From an uncultured Lentisphaerales bacterium (GTDB lineage Bacteria > Verrucomicrobiota > Lentisphaeria > JABSQK01 > UBA12247): a stretch of 42,335 nt of DNA. How positions within the stretch are numbered: the first letter of the stretch is position 1; every line of letters begins with the position of its first letter. The notes below the pieces were generated by a model, which made no database searches, was not told where the DNA came from, and was given only the letters and a program-made list of their open reading frames with translations. The stretch covers positions 1-42,335 of the forward strand of contig CALSSJ010000039.1 of assembly GCA_943788985.1 (NCBI GenBank), given 5' to 3'. Positions 39,287 to 42,335 of the stretch are shown piece by piece. A program made the position numbers and the translations under genes.

Positions 39287-40176
39287 GTCAGCGGAGCGCG
39301 CTCGATAATTCCGTGTTCGAGCGGCTTGTTCTTGAGAATCTCGTTCGGCCCGTAGATGCCAGCACTGACGCGGCTAAGCGCGTAGACGATGGTACGCGGC
39401 CGCAGAAAGGTGGCCGGATCTGTGACCGAGTTACAGCCGACCTGCGAGTAATCGCCGAGAATCACGCCGAGTTTTCTGGTGCCAAGGTCAATCTTGAGTT
39501 CGCCGAGGACGAGTTGGACGTTGCGCTGCTCTGAGCGCGCCAGCATGCCGTTGAAAATCCCAAAGTTTGCCGCGGTCGCCTGATTGCCGAAATGCGACAG
39601 GTAGCCGCAGATCGAGTCGCCCAGATAGGACGGATGCGGAAATGAGCTGTTGTCCATCATCGCCACATTCTTCAATTCACCACGTAGCGTACAGCCATCA
39701 CCGATCAGGCAAGGTGCCCGTAGATAGGCACCGGAACGAATCGTGCAGTTCTTCCCGAGCACCAACGGACCTTGCAGGATCGCGCCTGGCTCGACCACGG
39801 TGCCTTCGCCGATGATCACGGATCCGTCTACCAGCGAGACATCGCCGTAGCAGCGGGCGCCCTCAGCCACGACTAGCCCGTGGTCTCCTGTGGCGCTGCC
39901 GAATACGCGTCCGGGTGTGGCGCCAGCTCCGTGTGCCCAAGCAGCACCTTCTAGTGCATCGAGCGCGTGGCGTGCGGACTCCGCAACCGCGCTGGCGATC
40001 TTTGCACTGTGCGTCTGTGTGTAGGCCTTGATGGTGGCGACGGCGTCCACCACGTTGGCAGTGCCGCGCAGCAGCGCTTCGTGCGCAAAAGGATGCGCGT
40101 CAAAATCGAAGTAAGCTGCCCAGTGAAGTTCTTCCGGCAGCGGGGCACAATCGGCAAGCTTCACAGCTGTTGCCAC
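39283..40176 (-). CDS. Left-handed beta-helix (hexapeptide) transferase resembling the GlmU C-terminal domain
   Basis: Hexapeptide repeats 'IIGEGTVVEPGAILQGP..LGKNCTIRSGAYLR'; 'H.SYLGDSI.G...FG', 'KLG.ILGD...VGCN.V..P'. Confidence 0.75.
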   Translation of the reverse strand: MATAVKLADCAPLPEELHWAAYFDFDAHPFAHEALLRGTANVVDAVATIKAYTQTHSAKIASAVAESARHALDALEGAAWAHGAGATPGRVFGSATGDHGLVVAEGARCYGDVSLVDGSVIIGEGTVVEPGAILQGPLVLGKNCTIRSGAYLRAPCLIGDGCTLRGELKNVAMMDNSSFPHPSYLGDSICGYLSHFGNQATAANFGIFNGMLARSEQRNVQLVLGELKIDLGTRKLGVILGDYSQVGCNSVTDPATFLRPRTIVYALSRVSAGIYGPNEILKNKPLEHGIIERAPLT

Positions 40177-41093
40177 TACACTTGCTCCTTGTACCAGGCG
40201 ATTGTCGCTGCCAGGCCATCGTCCATGTTGCTGACTGGAGTGAAACCCGTGTTGCCGAGGGCTTGTGCGTCGGCCTGCGAATGTCGCACGTCACCGGCTC
40301 GCTCTTCGGCGAACAGAATCTGCGAAGACGATCCAATTAGTGCGACGATGCGCTCCGCGAGTTCCTTGATCGTGATCCGGCCGCCATAGGCTACGTTGTA
40401 GACATCCGTAGGCTCAGGAGTGGTCGCGAGATGAATATTTGCCGCCGCGATATCTTTGACGTAGATGAAGTCGCGGGTCTGGCCGCCGTCGCCATAGATC
40501 GTAATGGTCTCGTTGCGAAGCGCGCGGTGGATGAAAATGGGGACTGCGGCGGCATAGGCGCCAGCTGGATCCTGGCGCGGGCCAAAGACGTTGAAATACC
40601 GCATGCAGGCCGTAGTAAGCCAACCTTCGTCTTGGAACATTCGGCAGTAATACTCGCCATCCAGCTTGGTCACGGCATATGGGCTCTTGGGCTCAGGAAT
40701 CATCGACTCCACCTTGGGCACCGTCGGATTATTGCCATAGACTGCTGCGGAACTGCTGAAGCACAGCTTCTTAACCCCAGCATCGGCCGCTGCGCGCAGC
40801 ACCTTCAAGGTGCCAGTGGCGTTCAGCTCGACGCAGGTCTCGGGATCTTGCATCGACTCTGGCACGCTGATCAGCGCCGCGAGGTGAAAGACATAGTCGG
40901 CGCCAGCGACTGCCGACTTGAGTGCGGCATCATCCAGAATGGACGCCTCGATGAAGCTACATTCCAAGCCGTTCAGATTGGCTGGATTGCCGGTTCGCAG
41001 GTTGTCGAGGATCGTAATTTCGGCTCGCCCCTGCAGCTGCTCCGCGATATGGCTGCCGATAAATCCGGCTCCGCCGGTAATCAAAACTTTCAC
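40176..41093 (-). CDS. NAD-dependent nucleotide-sugar epimerase/dehydratase (extended SDR)
   Basis: TGGAGFIGS, HLAA, SSSAAVYG, YAVTK, RYFNVFGPRQ, GDG.QTRDF. Confidence 0.93.
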   Translation of the reverse strand: MKVLITGGAGFIGSHIAEQLQGRAEITILDNLRTGNPANLNGLECSFIEASILDDAALKSAVAGADYVFHLAALISVPESMQDPETCVELNATGTLKVLRAAADAGVKKLCFSSSAAVYGNNPTVPKVESMIPEPKSPYAVTKLDGEYYCRMFQDEGWLTTACMRYFNVFGPRQDPAGAYAAAVPIFIHRALRNETITIYGDGGQTRDFIYVKDIAAANIHLATTPEPTDVYNVAYGGRITIKELAERIVALIGSSSQILFAEERAGDVRHSQADAQALGNTGFTPVSNMDDGLAATIAWYKEQV

Positions 41094-41125
41094 GGAATTG
41101 TGCGCGCCTCTTCTCCTAGAGAAAA

Positions 41126-41201
41126 TGGCGACCCCAACGGGGTTCGAACCCGTGTTGCCGGGATGAAAACCCGGTGTCCTAGGCCTCTAGACGATGGGGT
41201 C
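41126..41201 (-). tRNA. tRNA-Glu (anticodon TTC)
   Basis: Reverse complement GACCCCATCGTCTAGAGGCCTAGGACACCGGGTTTTCATCCCGGCAACACGGGTTCGAACCCCGTTGGGGTCGCCA: 76 nt, acceptor stem, GTTCGAA T-loop, encoded CCA. Confidence 0.96.
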
Positions 41202-41217
41202 GCTTCGAGGGGCGGCA

Positions 41218-41245
41218 AATATATACGCGTGCTTTTACCTGTCAA
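41218..41245 (-). promoter_or_regulatory. Sigma70-like promoter of tRNA-Glu
   Basis: TTGACA (41240-41245, minus strand), 16-bp spacer, TATATT (41218-41223), just upstream of the tRNA. Confidence 0.6.
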
Positions 41246-41331
41246 ACAGGTTTTTCGCACGCATCTGTGCGCGAAGCACGGCGCTTGCTTTATTGGTACC
41301 CTATTGCGCACCCAATCGCTGAGGATTTAGA

Positions 41332-42057
41332 ATGGACAAGGACGGATTGTCAATCATCGTCCCCGTCATGAACGAAGAGGAATCAGGGCCCACGCTCGCA
41401 CAAGAAGTGTCGGACGCCATGGTCGGCCTCGACCGCGAGTGGGAATGCCTCTGGATTAATGACGGATCGACCGACCGCACCCTTGACGTGATGCGGGACT
41501 TCGCCAATGAAGATCGCCACCATCGGGTCATCGACCTGGACGGAAACTTTGGCCAGTCCGCAGCGCTGGCGTACGGCTTCACCCAAGCGAAGATGCCGCT
41601 TCTGGCCACGCTGGACGGCGACGGCCAGAATGTTCCGGCTGACTTGGTGAAAATGCTGACGGTTATGGATGAGCAGGATGTCGACATGGTCAACGGCATC
41701 CGCGCGAAGCGCCAGGACAGCAAAGTCCGTCTTTGGTGCAGCAAGCTGGCGAACGGCTTCCGCAACAACCTGACTGGTGAGTCTGTCACCGACGTCGGCT
41801 GCGCCATCCGTGTATTCAAGCGCGAGCACGCACTGCGCATTCCGGTATTCCGAGGCATGCATCGATTTTTTCCGACCTTGCTCCGGCTCGAAGGCGCACG
41901 GATCACGGAGATGCCCGTTCAGCATCGTTCTCGAGAAGTGGGCGTCACAAAGTACGGGATCAATAACCGCCTCTGGGTAGGGATCGCGGATACCTTCGGT
42001 CTCATGTGGTGGAAGCGGCGTTCTGTGCGGCCGCGTGGTCGGCACGAGGGCAGCTGA
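41332..42057 (+). CDS. Family 2 glycosyltransferase (DPM1/ArnC-like polyprenol-phosphate glycosyltransferase)
   Basis: SIIVPVMNEEE, INDGSTD, NFGQSAAL, LDGDGQN.P.D, D.GC....F.R, HRFFP, HR.R..G.TKY. Confidence 0.9.
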   Translation: MDKDGLSIIVPVMNEEESGPTLAQEVSDAMVGLDREWECLWINDGSTDRTLDVMRDFANEDRHHRVIDLDGNFGQSAALAYGFTQAKMPLLATLDGDGQNVPADLVKMLTVMDEQDVDMVNGIRAKRQDSKVRLWCSKLANGFRNNLTGESVTDVGCAIRVFKREHALRIPVFRGMHRFFPTLLRLEGARITEMPVQHRSREVGVTKYGINNRLWVGIADTFGLMWWKRRSVRPRGRHEGS

Positions 42058-42152
42058 GAGATAGCGGCGCGGACTCCGTCGAGAAGGTCTTCGTTGGCTA
42101 GCCGCGCTCGAAGTAGGTATCAGGCTGGGAGCGCAGGCGTCTCGCCCGCTGC

Positions 42153-42334
42153 AACGGACTGGAAGTCCGTTCTACGAACCGCTGACTCTTGACCCTTGAC
42201 TCCTGACTCTTGGATTGACGAAGTGACAGTTTGACGCCGTGACGGTCACTTCGTCATCTTGGTCAAAGAGTCAGCCCAAGAGTCAAGCGTCGAAAGTCAA
42301 GAGTCAAGACCAGGCCAAGGCACCTCGCCTCTAC
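42153..42334 (-). repeat. Composite repeat cluster: two GTAG-type REP hairpins flanking a solo inverted copy (42184-42305) of the array unit
   Basis: Minus strand GTAGAACGGACTTCCAGTCCGTT (42153-42175) and GTAGAGGCGAGGTGCCTTGGCCT (42312-42334). 42184-42305 aligns with the reverse complement of 3879-4001. Confidence 0.85.
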
Positions 42335-42335
42335 G

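Noticed and set aside
41126..41201. tRNA-Glu as an integration site for an island
   Set aside because: No integrase and no duplicated tRNA 3' end found in the window.

Overview
GC-rich bacterial chromosomal segment. The gene content suggests a PVC-group organism, possibly Lentisphaerota-like (inference only). Most of it is housekeeping or metabolic: rpmG, hrpB, pyrC, murJ, ftsY, serS, secA, a lipid A acyltransferase, a sulfatase, two PhyH dioxygenases and tRNA-Glu. Indel frameshifts cluster near both ends (CBS gene, rpmG, hrpB; desaturase, HEAT protein) and look like long-read errors. A TPR gene and a Fic gene carry in-frame stops and look like true pseudogenes. The most striking non-coding structure is a 1.34-kb tandem array starting on the base after the hrpB stop. 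It has seven ~123-bp palindromic units built from TGAC/GTCA hepta/octamers, separated by six near-identical ~80-bp linkers, and a solo inverted copy lies at 42.2 kb. Other highlights are an orphan WXG100 gene pair divergent from a Tim44/Zn-ribbon/TerB gene, a two-gene DUF6036-like nucleotidyltransferase cassette between 41-bp direct repeats, a yeast/plant-type chorismate mutase, and several REP/MITE-like elements with no transposase in the window. All family calls are by eye; no searches were run.
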